From: an uncultured virus (IMG/VR IMGVR_UViG_2562617116_000002)
Lineage: Duplodnaviria; Heunggongvirae; Uroviricota; Caudoviricetes
DNA: 64,000 nucleotides
Virus record (IMG/VR): IMGVR_UViG_2562617116_000002
Coordinates: 1-64,000 of that record
Strand: one strand, 5' to 3'
In this document: positions 36,950-46,597 of the stretch, one piece after another
How positions within the stretch are numbered: the first letter of the stretch is position 1
Layout: the number at the start of each line of letters is the position of its first letter
Notes under the pieces: model-generated
Seen by the model: the letters and a program-made list of their open reading frames with translations, nothing else
What the model was told of the DNA's origin: nothing
Databases searched by the model: none
Position numbers and translations under genes: made by a program

Positions 36950-38329
36950 TTAAACGACACACGACAAGCAGCCTTCCTGTCCTGTATCTTTAGTTCGCGC
37001 ATAGTACAGCGTCTTGATCCCTTTGTGATGCGCGTAAAGGTCAATTCGGTTAAGATCGCGTGTCGTCATCGTATCTTTTAAGAACAGCGTAAATGAGATG
37101 CCCTGATCGACATGTTGCTGGATCGTCGCGATCATATCGACAACTTTGAACATATCCATGTCGTACGCTTCCTTATAGAAGAACCAATTCTTTGCGCTAA
37201 GCCCCGGCATCGGATAATACGTCTTGGAATTTCCGTATGTCCTTTCCTCAATCCGCTCCATAATCGGCATGACCGACGCCGTTGCCGACTGAACGTACGA
37301 AATAGATCCCGTCGGTGCAATCGCGAGTCTGTACGAATGGTAGAGTCCGTATTTTCGTACGTTATCCTCCAGCCGAACCCAATCGATGCGTTCCGGAATT
37401 TCAACGCCTTCAAACATCTTCGCGACCTTCTCCGTTTTAGGAAGGAAATCTCCTGCGACGTACTTATCGAAGTAGCTTCCGTCCGCATACGTTGATCCTT
37501 CGAATCCCTCGAACGTGCTGCCGGTTTCCTTCGCAAGCTCCATCGACCGCACCAGCGACCAATAATTGACGAGCGCAAAGAATACGTTAGCGAAGTCGCG
37601 AGCCTCTTCCGATTCATAAGCGATCCCATTCTGCGCAAGATATCCGTGTAGATTCATCGCGCCAAGTCCGATCGAACGCATCTGACGGTTAGCCTTAGCG
37701 ACTGCCGGCGCGTTCTTAATATTCGTTGATTCTGATACGACCGTCAGCGAATCGACTGCGAGCTTAACTGTTTGCTCGATCGACTTATTCGCCATGACGT
37801 TCGCAATGTTCAGCGATCCGAGATTGCACGAGATGTCGAGGCCGATTGCGTCCTCTTCGCCGTAGTCGGTGTACTCCGATACTTTGGACGCCTGAAGCAC
37901 CTCCGAACACAAATTCGAAAATTTAACCTTCGAAATGTGATTCAGCGCATGCGCCGCGTTTACGTTATCTTCGAACATTAGATATGGGTACCCCGATTCG
38001 GACCGTAGAATCGCAAGCTTTTCGAGCAGCTGTCGCGGGTTGATTTTATCTTTCCGAACGTTCGGATTCTCGACGAGCTTGTCGTACATTTCTCCGATAT
38101 CCATTTCGTCAAGATGCTCGCCGTATTCCTTATAGACCGTATGTGGATAGAAAACGTATGCGTCCCGGTCTTCACGAGCCAGTTCGATGAATTTATCCGG
38201 AATGACTACGCCGATCGATAGCGTCTTGACCCGAACATCTTCATCTGCGCTGATCTTCTTCGTATCCAGGAACGCGTCAATGTCCGCATGGAATACGTTA
38301 AGATACGCTGCACCGGCTCCCTGTCTTTG
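36950..38329 (-). CDS. nrdE: Class Ib RNR alpha subunit, exon 2
   Basis: Begins QRQGAGAAYLN; 'SNLCSE', 'APTGSISY', 'TLYY', terminal CLSC. Confidence 0.93.
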   Translation of the reverse strand, partial: QRQGAGAAYLNVFHADIDAFLDTKKISADEDVRVKTLSIGVVIPDKFIELAREDRDAYVFYPHTVYKEYGEHLDEMDIGEMYDKLVENPNVRKDKINPRQLLEKLAILRSESGYPYLMFEDNVNAAHALNHISKVKFSNLCSEVLQASKVSEYTDYGEEDAIGLDISCNLGSLNIANVMANKSIEQTVKLAVDSLTVVSESTNIKNAPAVAKANRQMRSIGLGAMNLHGYLAQNGIAYESEEARDFANVFFALVNYWSLVRSMELAKETGSTFEGFEGSTYADGSYFDKYVAGDFLPKTEKVAKMFEGVEIPERIDWVRLEDNVRKYGLYHSYRLAIAPTGSISYVQSATASVMPIMERIEERTYGNSKTYYPMPGLSAKNWFFYKEAYDMDMFKVVDMIATIQQHVDQGISFTLFLKDTMTTRDLNRIDLYAHHKGIKTLYYARTKDTGQEGCLSCVV

Positions 38330-39266
38330 CAGACCATTCGGACGTGTTCGCTACGCACGCCCCGCCTTTCGGCTGCTCCGTGTTACCACGAAGATTAGAC
38401 TATATCTTCGCCCACGTGGGGCGCCTCCTGTTTCGACTGCCAATCGCTTGCAGCCTACGGCTTTCACCTAGTCGTTGCACGTTCAAGACGTTTTATCGAG
38501 ATGTTTCCATCTATGCCGCCAACAGATCTTCTCGACTATCGATTTACTCGCGTATGAGTGAGCTTTTCGTATTTCCGAAACGCTCTTACCGCTTTGATAT
38601 TCTTGCAATATAGATCTCGCTTGTTGTTCGGTGATTTTGGATGACGGATGACTTTCACCGACGCAAAGCAACCCGTGTTTTGAGGCGTGCTGAGCATTCT
38701 CTTTTGGTGTCACCCACTCCAGATTATCGATGCTAGGGTTTGACTTATCCCCGTCAATATGATTTACTTGCGGTAGATTGTTCGGGTTGGGTATAAAGTG
38801 AAGAGCTACTAAACGGTGAACCCGTCTGCCAACAGCTTTACCGTCTCTGTAGAGAGTTACTTTGACGTACCCTTCTCGATCTTTCTTTGTTTTGACCAAA
38901 GTCATACGTCTTAAATTAACAACTCGACTATGGTTGGTGATTCCGTAATCAGGAAAACCTTCTATAGGAACCAACTCTTCTCCATCTTCCAGAACGAAGG
39001 GTATTTTCGTCTTCCGTAGCCCCATCTTCATTACCCGATGATTTATTGCTTCTCTTGAAACCCCTAACACCTCACCGATTTCTCTAGCGCTCATTTTGTA
39101 GTAATTCTCGCGAATAAAATCCTCATCGATATCCAATTTGTTATGCGGTCGTCTTGCTTCGCTCATGATCGTCCTCCTTTAGTAGTTTTTGGCCCTACCG
39201 CTTTGAGGAGTTCCCATGAATTAAAGAGGTTTTCGATCGCCATTGCTGACGAAAGGGGCCAATTCA
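38330..39266 (-). ncRNA. Group I intron (937 nt) in nrdE
   Basis: Exon ends in U (ATG GGT), paired with GCCC (P1); R 'GCAACGACUA' and S 'AAGAUAUAGUCU'; terminal G; splicing restores DQMG|QRQG. Confidence 0.92.
38483..39166 (-). CDS. Intron-encoded HNH homing endonuclease (I-HmuI-like core)
   Basis: 'VHRLVA..FIPNP..LPQVNHIDGDKSN...NLEWVT..EN..H'. Confidence 0.92.
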   Translation of the reverse strand: MSEARRPHNKLDIDEDFIRENYYKMSAREIGEVLGVSREAINHRVMKMGLRKTKIPFVLEDGEELVPIEGFPDYGITNHSRVVNLRRMTLVKTKKDREGYVKVTLYRDGKAVGRRVHRLVALHFIPNPNNLPQVNHIDGDKSNPSIDNLEWVTPKENAQHASKHGLLCVGESHPSSKITEQQARSILQEYQSGKSVSEIRKAHSYASKSIVEKICWRHRWKHLDKTS

Positions 39267-39986
39267 ACCCATTTGATCCGCATACCGGAACGCATTGTCG
39301 AGCAGCTTCATGACGCCGACGACGCCTTTCGTCGAATTCTCAACGCCCTTGATCGCTTCGCCTTTCGCCCTGATTTTCGATAGATTAAGCGAGACGCCAC
39401 CGCCAAGTTTCGAAAGCTGCATCGCCATGTCTACCGCGCGACTGATATCGTTCAGAGAGTCGCCGACTTCGAGAAGGAAGCACGATACGAGTTCGCCGCG
39501 TCGCTTCCGTCCGGCATTTAAGAACGTCGGCGTGGCCGGTTGATATTCCTGACGGATCATCATTTCCGCAAACTCGACCGCCTTGGCTGCGTCTCCTTTC
39601 GCGAAGAATAGCGCACAGATGGCGATTCGGTCTTCGTAGCGTTCGAGGATCTTCTTCTTATCGTTCGTCTTCAGCGCGTAATCGTTATAAAACTTGAACG
39701 CACTCATAAACGAAGGGAAACGGAACTTTTTCGCGTAGGCTGCCTTGTAGACCGCTTTGATTTCGTCGAACGTATACGGCTCGAAGACTTCGCGTTCGTA
39801 ATAGTCGTTCTCGATCAGATAGTCGAGCTTTTCGCGCAGATCATGGAAAAATACCGTATTCTGATTCACGTAATCTATGAAATAACTGCGGACGGCTTCG
39901 GCATCCTTTTCGAATTGAAATCCGCCGTTTTTCCGTATCATAATTTCGTTATTAAGTTCGATATACTTCGCGTGTTTATTCGTCAA
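39267..39986 (-). CDS. nrdE: Class Ib RNR alpha subunit, exon 1
   Basis: 'PATPTFLNAG', 'LVSCF', 'SKLGGG'. Confidence 0.95.
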
Positions 39987-40332
39987 TAGCTCTCACCCTT
40001 TCCGTAAATATCCGTATATCTTCCGCCGTGCCCGCCAACTCGAACTTGTGAACGATTGGCACTCCGTATTCTTCCGCAATCAGATCCGCCGCCTTTGCGA
40101 AGTTACTCCCCCAATTCTTGTTCCCCGACGCAGCCACGCCCGCCATTAAATCGCCATTGTCTGCGAGGAAGTCCCAAACGGTGCCGGCAACCTGGCCGAA
40201 TCCGTAAGTTCCCGTTACCAACACGAACGGTTCCGTCAGCATCATATCCGCCTTGATTTCGACCGCAGGAAGGCCGGTCTTGGCTACGAATCGGCGGACG
40301 TTGCCGGCCAGCGAGTAATAGGCGATTAGCAT
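39976..40332 (-). CDS. nrdI: Flavodoxin NrdI
   Basis: 'YYSLAGNVRRFV', 'SGNKNWG', 'KFELAG'. Confidence 0.92.
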   Translation of the reverse strand: MLIAYYSLAGNVRRFVAKTGLPAVEIKADMMLTEPFVLVTGTYGFGQVAGTVWDFLADNGDLMAGVAASGNKNWGSNFAKAADLIAEEYGVPIVHKFELAGTAEDIRIFTERVRAIDE

Positions 40333-40471
40333 AACGACGCCACCAGCACTCCGATAGGAATTGCGTACATAATTAGGACAATAATTTTCGCAAGTCTTTC
40401 CGCTTTTGTTTTCGTTTCCTCTACGAGTGCCAGCAGCGTAAAAAGTAATAGGCACGCTATCGCAACGTATG

Positions 40472-40672
40472 TCATTCGATCGACTCCTTCCGTTTTAATT
40501 CCGCCTCTATTTCGTCTTTTCGCGCCTGAATCCGGTCACGCTCGTTTTTCAATTCGCTCAGCTTCGTGTCGTGCCGGCTGATTGCGTAATCAACATCGAT
40601 AAGTTGTTCGTCAAGCCATCGCAAGGACTGCCGTAACTGTGCGGCCGGGACGCCGTAGCATTCGTAGGTCAT
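40472..40672 (-). CDS. Coiled-coil hypothetical protein
   Basis: Coupled ORF in operon. Confidence 0.6.
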   Translation of the reverse strand: MTYECYGVPAAQLRQSLRWLDEQLIDVDYAISRHDTKLSELKNERDRIQARKDEIEAELKRKESIE

Positions 40673-40926
40673 TGTGTTTCCTCCTCTACGTCCTTTTGAA
40701 CGCGTTTATGTTCGCGGTATGCCTTTTGTAGCCGGACAGCGCTGCCACAGATAACTACCGCCACCATGAAGACTGCTATGATACTTATAACGACCCAAAC
40801 AATCACACCAATAACCGGAATCGCGAGTAGAAAATTAGTGACAAAATATCCGATACATCCTCCCGCGACACTCAGACCGATTAGCGCAACGATCGTTAGG
40901 GCTTCGATAAGTCGCTGCTTAAACAT
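40669..40926 (-). CDS. Small membrane protein
   Basis: Two TM segments. Confidence 0.6.
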   Translation of the reverse strand: MFKQRLIEALTIVALIGLSVAGGCIGYFVTNFLLAIPVIGVIVWVVISIIAVFMVAVVICGSAVRLQKAYREHKRVQKDVEEETQ

Positions 40927-40930
40927 TCGA

Positions 40931-41296
40931 TCACTTCCCTCCGATCGTGTCGAGGATTTCCTTGATTGCGTAGTATTCCGGATTGATTAGCGCTTTGATA
41001 CCTTCTGAGATCGCGAAAATACCGAACCCTCCCGGAAGAATCACTGACAGACCGACAATGATCACCAATAAACCCCACTCGACATCCCAAGCCCCGCAGT
41101 CTGATTCGTACGCTTTTACAGCAATCTTCGTAATTATGACTCCCGCGACCACTGCGATCATTAGAAAAACGGCTCCGATAATCGCATCAGTCACACCGTT
41201 AGCAAACGCCTGCTTAACGAGAACTCCGTATACGTGCTCGGCCGCGACCCCGAGCTTTTCCGCCAGCTTATCGATATACTCCATCGCTTTATCCAT
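40931..41296 (-). CDS. Membrane protein
   Basis: 'LAEKLGVAAEHVY', two TM segments, 'NPEYYAI'. Confidence 0.7.
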   Translation of the reverse strand: MDKAMEYIDKLAEKLGVAAEHVYGVLVKQAFANGVTDAIIGAVFLMIAVVAGVIITKIAVKAYESDCGAWDVEWGLLVIIVGLSVILPGGFGIFAISEGIKALINPEYYAIKEILDTIGGK

Positions 41297-41301
41297 TCGA
41301 A

Positions 41302-41820
41302 TCACTCCTTCGGCTTAATAATCTTCTCGCGAATCAGATACGTAAGCGCCACCGCACAGGCATCGCTATGATCGTCTGTTGCGAATTTGTGGTCGGCCGA
41401 CAAACCGAGCCATTCGCGAACGCTCTCGGCAACTTGCGGCTTCTTTGCGTTTCCGTTTCCGGTGACCGTCTTCTTAACGTTTGCCGGCGTAACATGGACG
41501 TCGACTTCGTATCCGTATCGGTGAAGCGCCCGTTCGACGGACGACCATGTTCCGTGAATCTTATTGTTCTGCGCATAGTTGCGGCTTGGCGGCCATATCT
41601 CCCGAACGATTACGTCGAACGGCTGATTATCGCGAACAAATAGTAGCGTAAATGCTTCGATCTCCTCATACCGCAATGGCTGATCGGTTGATGCGGACGT
41701 TTTAAAGTGAGCGGATTTTATTAGGCGAGCTTTTCCGCCCTTTGCTTCGATGATTGCGAATCCTGGCGATGTTAACGAAAGGTCAAGGCCGAGGATTCGG
41801 ATAGGCTTGGCGCTACTCAT
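41302..41820 (-). CDS. RuvC-like Holliday junction resolvase
   Basis: 'ILGLDLS', 'VKKTVTGNGNAKK', 'DDHSDA'. Confidence 0.88.
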   Translation of the reverse strand: MSSAKPIRILGLDLSLTSPGFAIIEAKGGKARLIKSAHFKTSASTDQPLRYEEIEAFTLLFVRDNQPFDVIVREIWPPSRNYAQNNKIHGTWSSVERALHRYGYEVDVHVTPANVKKTVTGNGNAKKPQVAESVREWLGLSADHKFATDDHSDACAVALTYLIREKIIKPKE

Positions 41821-42856
41821 CAGCCCGCACTCTTTCGATAAATTCGAGCGCCTCAACGTACTGCCGTTTCGTAGATTCGTATACGTTCGATCTCCGTACC
41901 TGCGACACTTTTGCGCGAAGCTCCGCCAGTTCTTCGTCCGTCAGCGACTTCGCAATAGCCGTCTTGTATCCGTTAAACGTCCATCCGTTCAGATCCAACG
42001 GTAAAGGCGTTCCCTTCTCGACAGACTTGCGAATCTCTACGAATCTATCGAATAGCTGCTCGACCTCTTCCTCCGTAATTTCGATGCCGAACGCCCGCAT
42101 GTCCGGCGACTTTTCGAATTCCCCTTCCGGATACACCCACGACTTCTTAGACGCGTTTACGTAAAGGATAACGTATAGGTCGACGCCATACATCGGACCG
42201 TAGGCGACGCATTGCTTGACGTGCTTTTCTTCCGGCTGCCGCATCGAATGGAGGGACGTCTTTGCGGCGGTCGTCTGCTTCGATTTGATTTCGAGACCGA
42301 CGCGCAACACCTCGCCGTCTTCCGTTACGTAGCGCATGATGCCGTCGCACGTTCCGTAAAGGTTGAACGAGTATCCGCGATGTGTGACCGGATGATTCCT
42401 TTTCGCGAAATCCTCGAACATCGGCGTGCCGTCTTCGTTCTTTTCGAAGCTGAACGGACAGGGGCGGCCGGTCTTCTTCTCGAAGTGTTTCTCCATGAAG
42501 AGAATGTCGCGCTGGATTACGTCACCGATCGCTGTACCAATCCGAGTCCACCGTCCTTGATACGGAGGCTTTTTCGTTTCGTCTCTCGGAGATCCGATCG
42601 CTTTATGGTAAAGCTCGCGCGGGCAAGCGTTAGCAGATGACGGTGAGAAATACGGCTTCTTCGGAAATACTTTCGGAGCATTGGCGTACCATTTATGGAT
42701 CTGCGCGTCCAGGGCGTTATCCCACGTCTCCGGCAGCGAGTGCCATTCGTTTAGATATTCGACCAACTCATCCGCAATCTGCTGCGCGTATGTGGTCGGT
42801 TCTTTTAATTGTGCCCGCAGTGAATTTGCGGCTGATCTTCCGTTTGAATTCGTCAA
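41813..42856 (-). CDS. PD-(D/E)XK (Cas4-like) exonuclease
   Basis: 'SPSS..CPR', 'GT..GD', 'GTCDG', 'LEIKS', 'Q..AY'. Confidence 0.75.
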   Translation of the reverse strand: MTNSNGRSAANSLRAQLKEPTTYAQQIADELVEYLNEWHSLPETWDNALDAQIHKWYANAPKVFPKKPYFSPSSANACPRELYHKAIGSPRDETKKPPYQGRWTRIGTAIGDVIQRDILFMEKHFEKKTGRPCPFSFEKNEDGTPMFEDFAKRNHPVTHRGYSFNLYGTCDGIMRYVTEDGEVLRVGLEIKSKQTTAAKTSLHSMRQPEEKHVKQCVAYGPMYGVDLYVILYVNASKKSWVYPEGEFEKSPDMRAFGIEITEEEVEQLFDRFVEIRKSVEKGTPLPLDLNGWTFNGYKTAIAKSLTDEELAELRAKVSQVRRSNVYESTKRQYVEALEFIERVRADE

Positions 42857-43561
42857 TTAATCACGTCCTTTCATTGCGCGATCAATAATTCCGCCTAATT
42901 TAAAGAACATTTCATGGTCTTCCGGGAAAGCGCGCAGCAATCGCATTAGGTCGGTATTATCTAACGCCACTAGATGGACCGTTCTAACGACTGCGTTTTT
43001 AGGCGTGAATTTTAACGGGCGATCTACGGAATCTTGGATGATGTTTAAGAATCCGTTATATTCTTTAGAGACATGCGGAAGATATCGCTTGAATACCTCA
43101 ATCGTCGCCTCTACGTCGTTTAGCGCCCGGTGGTGGCCGTTCAATTCGATATTGTTGCGCTTAACCACGTCCTTCAAGCTCGCTGATAACTCCGGCTCCA
43201 CAAAACGAACCATAGCTCGCGTACAATGAAAGTATTCGGGTTCGATCCCGCCTCGACTAATAAACGAAAGATCGAACGGAGCGTTTTGCGCAACTACGAT
43301 AGAATCGCCGATAAACTCTCGTAAACTATCAAGTGCTTCGGTTTCGATCGGAGCGCCTTCGAGATCCTCCGCAGTGATGCCGGTTAATTTCGTGATAAAT
43401 TCCGGCAGTTCCCGGCCTTCCTCGAGCGCAACCATTGTGTGAAAGCGATCAATTTCGTCGAACCAGTCATCGATTTTAATCGCGCCGATTTCGATGATCT
43501 GATCGTTTTGATAATCGAGTCCTGTCGTTTCCAAGTCGAGCACAACGTATTTCTTTCCCAT
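42857..43561 (-). CDS. DEDDh 3'-5' exonuclease (DnaQ-like)
   Basis: 'DLETTG', 'AQNAPFD', 'HRALND'. Confidence 0.9.
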   Translation of the reverse strand: MGKKYVVLDLETTGLDYQNDQIIEIGAIKIDDWFDEIDRFHTMVALEEGRELPEFITKLTGITAEDLEGAPIETEALDSLREFIGDSIVVAQNAPFDLSFISRGGIEPEYFHCTRAMVRFVEPELSASLKDVVKRNNIELNGHHRALNDVEATIEVFKRYLPHVSKEYNGFLNIIQDSVDRPLKFTPKNAVVRTVHLVALDNTDLMRLLRAFPEDHEMFFKLGGIIDRAMKGRD

Positions 43562-46392
43562 TAAACCGCCTCCTTAGGTTTTCCGTTCTCAAAGTCCCAA
43601 TCGTTTGGGCTATATTCATCCATCCAACACGGCTCGATTACTGTGTCGCAAGCTAACGGAAGAACTAGCGTGAATGTATTCGTCATGATGTCGTCTAATA
43701 AATCCGTTGCTTCTTTCGTTAACTGGTCGTTTGGTGTAGCGAACTTCAATTCGTCGTGCAGTGTCAGCGGAAACTCCCACCCGCGCTCAAGCACACATTC
43801 GTAGTGAGCACGGATCATACACATCTGAAGGATATTCGCGCCCGATCCTTGAATCGTATGGTTAAACGCAGCGCGCTCACATCCGCCTGTAAATCGCATC
43901 AGATCCCAAAATTCAGAGCGCTCTTCCCACCGTAATTTATTGGTTTTCTTGCCGAGCTCCGGGTCGTTCTTGTCTTTGATGCCGCACTTGCGCATAAGCT
44001 GGCATAGCCGTTTGTATTTCTCGACGTACCCCGGAAAACGGCGCTTCTGTTTGAAGATTGTAGCAGTCCATCCGTGCTTACGTAGGTGAGCGAATGTGGC
44101 TTCGACCATCCCTTTGAATCCCGGCAATATTTCGTCAAACTTTCCGTAGGCGACTTTCGCCTGCTCTTCGTCAATCCCGAAAGGAATAACGCCTTTGTAA
44201 AACATATCGAATGCCTGACCGTACCCGATTGCGAGGAACATCTGCTTCATCGCTTTCCGGTAAGCCGGTACTGCGTCTGGTGTTCCTTTGACGGATTTAT
44301 AGTACGCCTCCGTACAGATCTCCTTCGGAACATCGAACAGGATTGCGGCAAACTCAACGTACGGATCGAGTCCCTTTCGATACATATCCGCGAATATCTC
44401 GTCGTCAAACTCGGTTGCCATTCTGTGCGCCTGAATCCGCGGTTCTATCGATGATAAGTCGGAGCCTAAGAACGTAAATCCTTCCGGCGGCTTGAACGCC
44501 ATCCGCACACGCTGCCCTTTTTCGGTACGAGATGGGATGTTCTGGATATTCCGGCCTTTTTCCGTCTTTTTCTCCGCTTCTACCAGCTTCCGCATGTGAT
44601 CAACGAAGTTGTTGTCGTTAATGTCTTCGCGATAGAGGTCGTTTTCTTTTCCTTTATACTTTTTCGAACTGTAGCGACCAGTCGATACGGTTTGTAGTTG
44701 CGTATGGAGACGGCCGTCAGCATCTTTCACGTAAGGAATCCGGTTGATGAACGTTCCTAATAACGTCGTCAACTCCGAGAATGTTGCTAACGGTTTGAGT
44801 CGCGCATCTTCCTTGAAGTAAAGCGCCAGGACGTCCTTGCTGACAGCCCGCGTTTTCTTCTTATCGATAATCTTCGTTTTGTCCTCGATCCCGATTACGT
44901 CGTAAATTAAATACTGAAGATGTTGGTCCGAATCGAGATTGAATTCGTGAATGTAATCCGGTGCGTTTTGCGGAATGGCCGGCGCAAGAGGCTCCGTTTT
45001 GTACTTTCGGATACGCTCTTTTAATTGCGCATATTTCTTCGTTGCCGGGTTTGCCCGCTTGATCTCCGCCTCACACTTCGCAAGCATCTCCTGTTGTTTT
45101 GCGATCTGCTTTTCGCGGTTTTCTTGCCATGCTTTGATCTTGTCGCCTTTTAAGTGCATCGACATTTTATAGAGGAAGTCGTCGTCGATACCGTATGCTT
45201 GGTGAATGTCATCGATCGCTTTTTGCAACTGCGGCTCATATTCATTTTTCAATCGCAAGAGTTCATCGTCATCGATCACGAATCCAGTTCGCTCGATCGT
45301 CGTATTGACTTCGTATAAATATTGCCGGATCTCAAAGTATGGATAATACAAGTCGTCGATCTTCAGCATCATATCGATCTGCCAGCGCGTAAGAAGCCAA
45401 CCTTTCTCAACGTCCTTAATCGCGTATATGCCGACGATCTCGGGCGAGTACACCATCGGAGAGCCTTTCCCGAAAAGGTCCTCGAATGTGAAATCGTCTA
45501 AGTGGTCCGCCCCGATGTACTTTTTGTACTTCGTGACGAGTTCTTTCAAGCCCATCGAAGGCTCATGCTCGTTCATAAGCTGCGCGGCATCTAACGAGTC
45601 ATATCGGAACCCCTTCGGCTCCAATCCGTCATTCAGAAACATCGAGTAGTCAAAGGGCGTATTATGAAACGCTTTGATATGGCGCGCGTCTTCGATAAAA
45701 GCTCGACAGATATCCAACGCAGCAGACCGCGAACATTGTTCTTCGTCAGTCAAGTGTCCGTAAGCAACGTAATAACCTTCGTTAAGACACGGTAGCCAAA
45801 ACGAATATCCGCCTGACATATCGATGCGTGTATCTGTCCCGGAAGTCTCCGTATCCCATTCGGTGAACGACATCGCGAGAGGAATTTCGATTCCACGCTC
45901 AGCTAACTTCCGTCGGATGTGCGTATTGTTAAATAGATCGAACACTTTCCGAAACCACGGATCGTGCTGCTGCGCTTGGACTTCCTGACGCAATCGTTCG
46001 ATCATGGGCGCCAGGTCTTCGTCTTTGGTGATTACGAAATAGTTATCCGGCTTTGTCTTTAACGTCTCCTGAATGCGTTCGTGCCGCTTGGCTTCGTTTT
46101 CCTTCACGAGTATCTGACGGCCAAGTCCGCATGCTTCAGTCTTCGTAAACTTTCCGGATTTAGTACGGACTAGACTGCCATCTTTAAACGACCGGAGAGC
46201 TGCGTTAAATTCCCGCTTTTCCTTGTCGTTAAATTTGCACGTCCTGGCGAGACGGTCGAACGCTTCTTCTAACGTCTCCTCTCGCTTTGCACTTTGCTTC
46301 CGCTTGGCTGTTTCGGCAACTTTTTCGTTTTTAACTTCGTCATTTTTAGGCGTCAAAGCGCTAAGATTCAACCGTAGATTGCCGAGTTCCAT
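43561..46392 (-). CDS. Family A DNA polymerase
   Basis: 'DTETSG'; 'TGRYSS'; motif A 'DLSSIEPR'; motif B 'KQMFLAIGYG'; motif C 'HDE'. Confidence 0.93.
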   Translation of the reverse strand: MELGNLRLNLSALTPKNDEVKNEKVAETAKRKQSAKREETLEEAFDRLARTCKFNDKEKREFNAALRSFKDGSLVRTKSGKFTKTEACGLGRQILVKENEAKRHERIQETLKTKPDNYFVITKDEDLAPMIERLRQEVQAQQHDPWFRKVFDLFNNTHIRRKLAERGIEIPLAMSFTEWDTETSGTDTRIDMSGGYSFWLPCLNEGYYVAYGHLTDEEQCSRSAALDICRAFIEDARHIKAFHNTPFDYSMFLNDGLEPKGFRYDSLDAAQLMNEHEPSMGLKELVTKYKKYIGADHLDDFTFEDLFGKGSPMVYSPEIVGIYAIKDVEKGWLLTRWQIDMMLKIDDLYYPYFEIRQYLYEVNTTIERTGFVIDDDELLRLKNEYEPQLQKAIDDIHQAYGIDDDFLYKMSMHLKGDKIKAWQENREKQIAKQQEMLAKCEAEIKRANPATKKYAQLKERIRKYKTEPLAPAIPQNAPDYIHEFNLDSDQHLQYLIYDVIGIEDKTKIIDKKKTRAVSKDVLALYFKEDARLKPLATFSELTTLLGTFINRIPYVKDADGRLHTQLQTVSTGRYSSKKYKGKENDLYREDINDNNFVDHMRKLVEAEKKTEKGRNIQNIPSRTEKGQRVRMAFKPPEGFTFLGSDLSSIEPRIQAHRMATEFDDEIFADMYRKGLDPYVEFAAILFDVPKEICTEAYYKSVKGTPDAVPAYRKAMKQMFLAIGYGQAFDMFYKGVIPFGIDEEQAKVAYGKFDEILPGFKGMVEATFAHLRKHGWTATIFKQKRRFPGYVEKYKRLCQLMRKCGIKDKNDPELGKKTNKLRWEERSEFWDLMRFTGGCERAAFNHTIQGSGANILQMCMIRAHYECVLERGWEFPLTLHDELKFATPNDQLTKEATDLLDDIMTNTFTLVLPLACDTVIEPCWMDEYSPNDWDFENGKPKEAV

Positions 46393-46417
46393 TCGCATCC
46401 TCCTTCCGCTTACGACG

Positions 46418-46597
46418 TCATAAATCTTCGCGACTTACGTACTTCCGCTTGTATTCCGCTCCATTATCTGCATACCAATCCGACCAGCAAGCGTTGTCGC
46501 AAAAGTACCGGTCGAAGAGCGAATCGTATGTTGCGGATCGCCCTTCGTTTAATACCCGGTTACATGAGGCGCAGATGGCGGCAGGTTTTGCGTCCAC
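46418..46597 (-). CDS. 59-aa Cys-rich zinc-binding protein
   Basis: GTG start; CASC...FCDNAC. Confidence 0.6.
   Translation of the reverse strand: MDAKPAAICASCNRVLNEGRSATYDSLFDRYFCDNACWSDWYADNGAEYKRKYVSREDL

Noticed and set aside
39882..39905. CGCAGTTAT copy inside nrdE
   Set aside because: No TGCC/GTCC box at 16-17 nt spacing (the nearest is 9 nt away); treated as chance.
41813..42856. Cas4-like nuclease as evidence of CRISPR
   Set aside because: Solo PD-(D/E)XK exonucleases are common in phage replication modules; here it lies between an exonuclease and RuvC.
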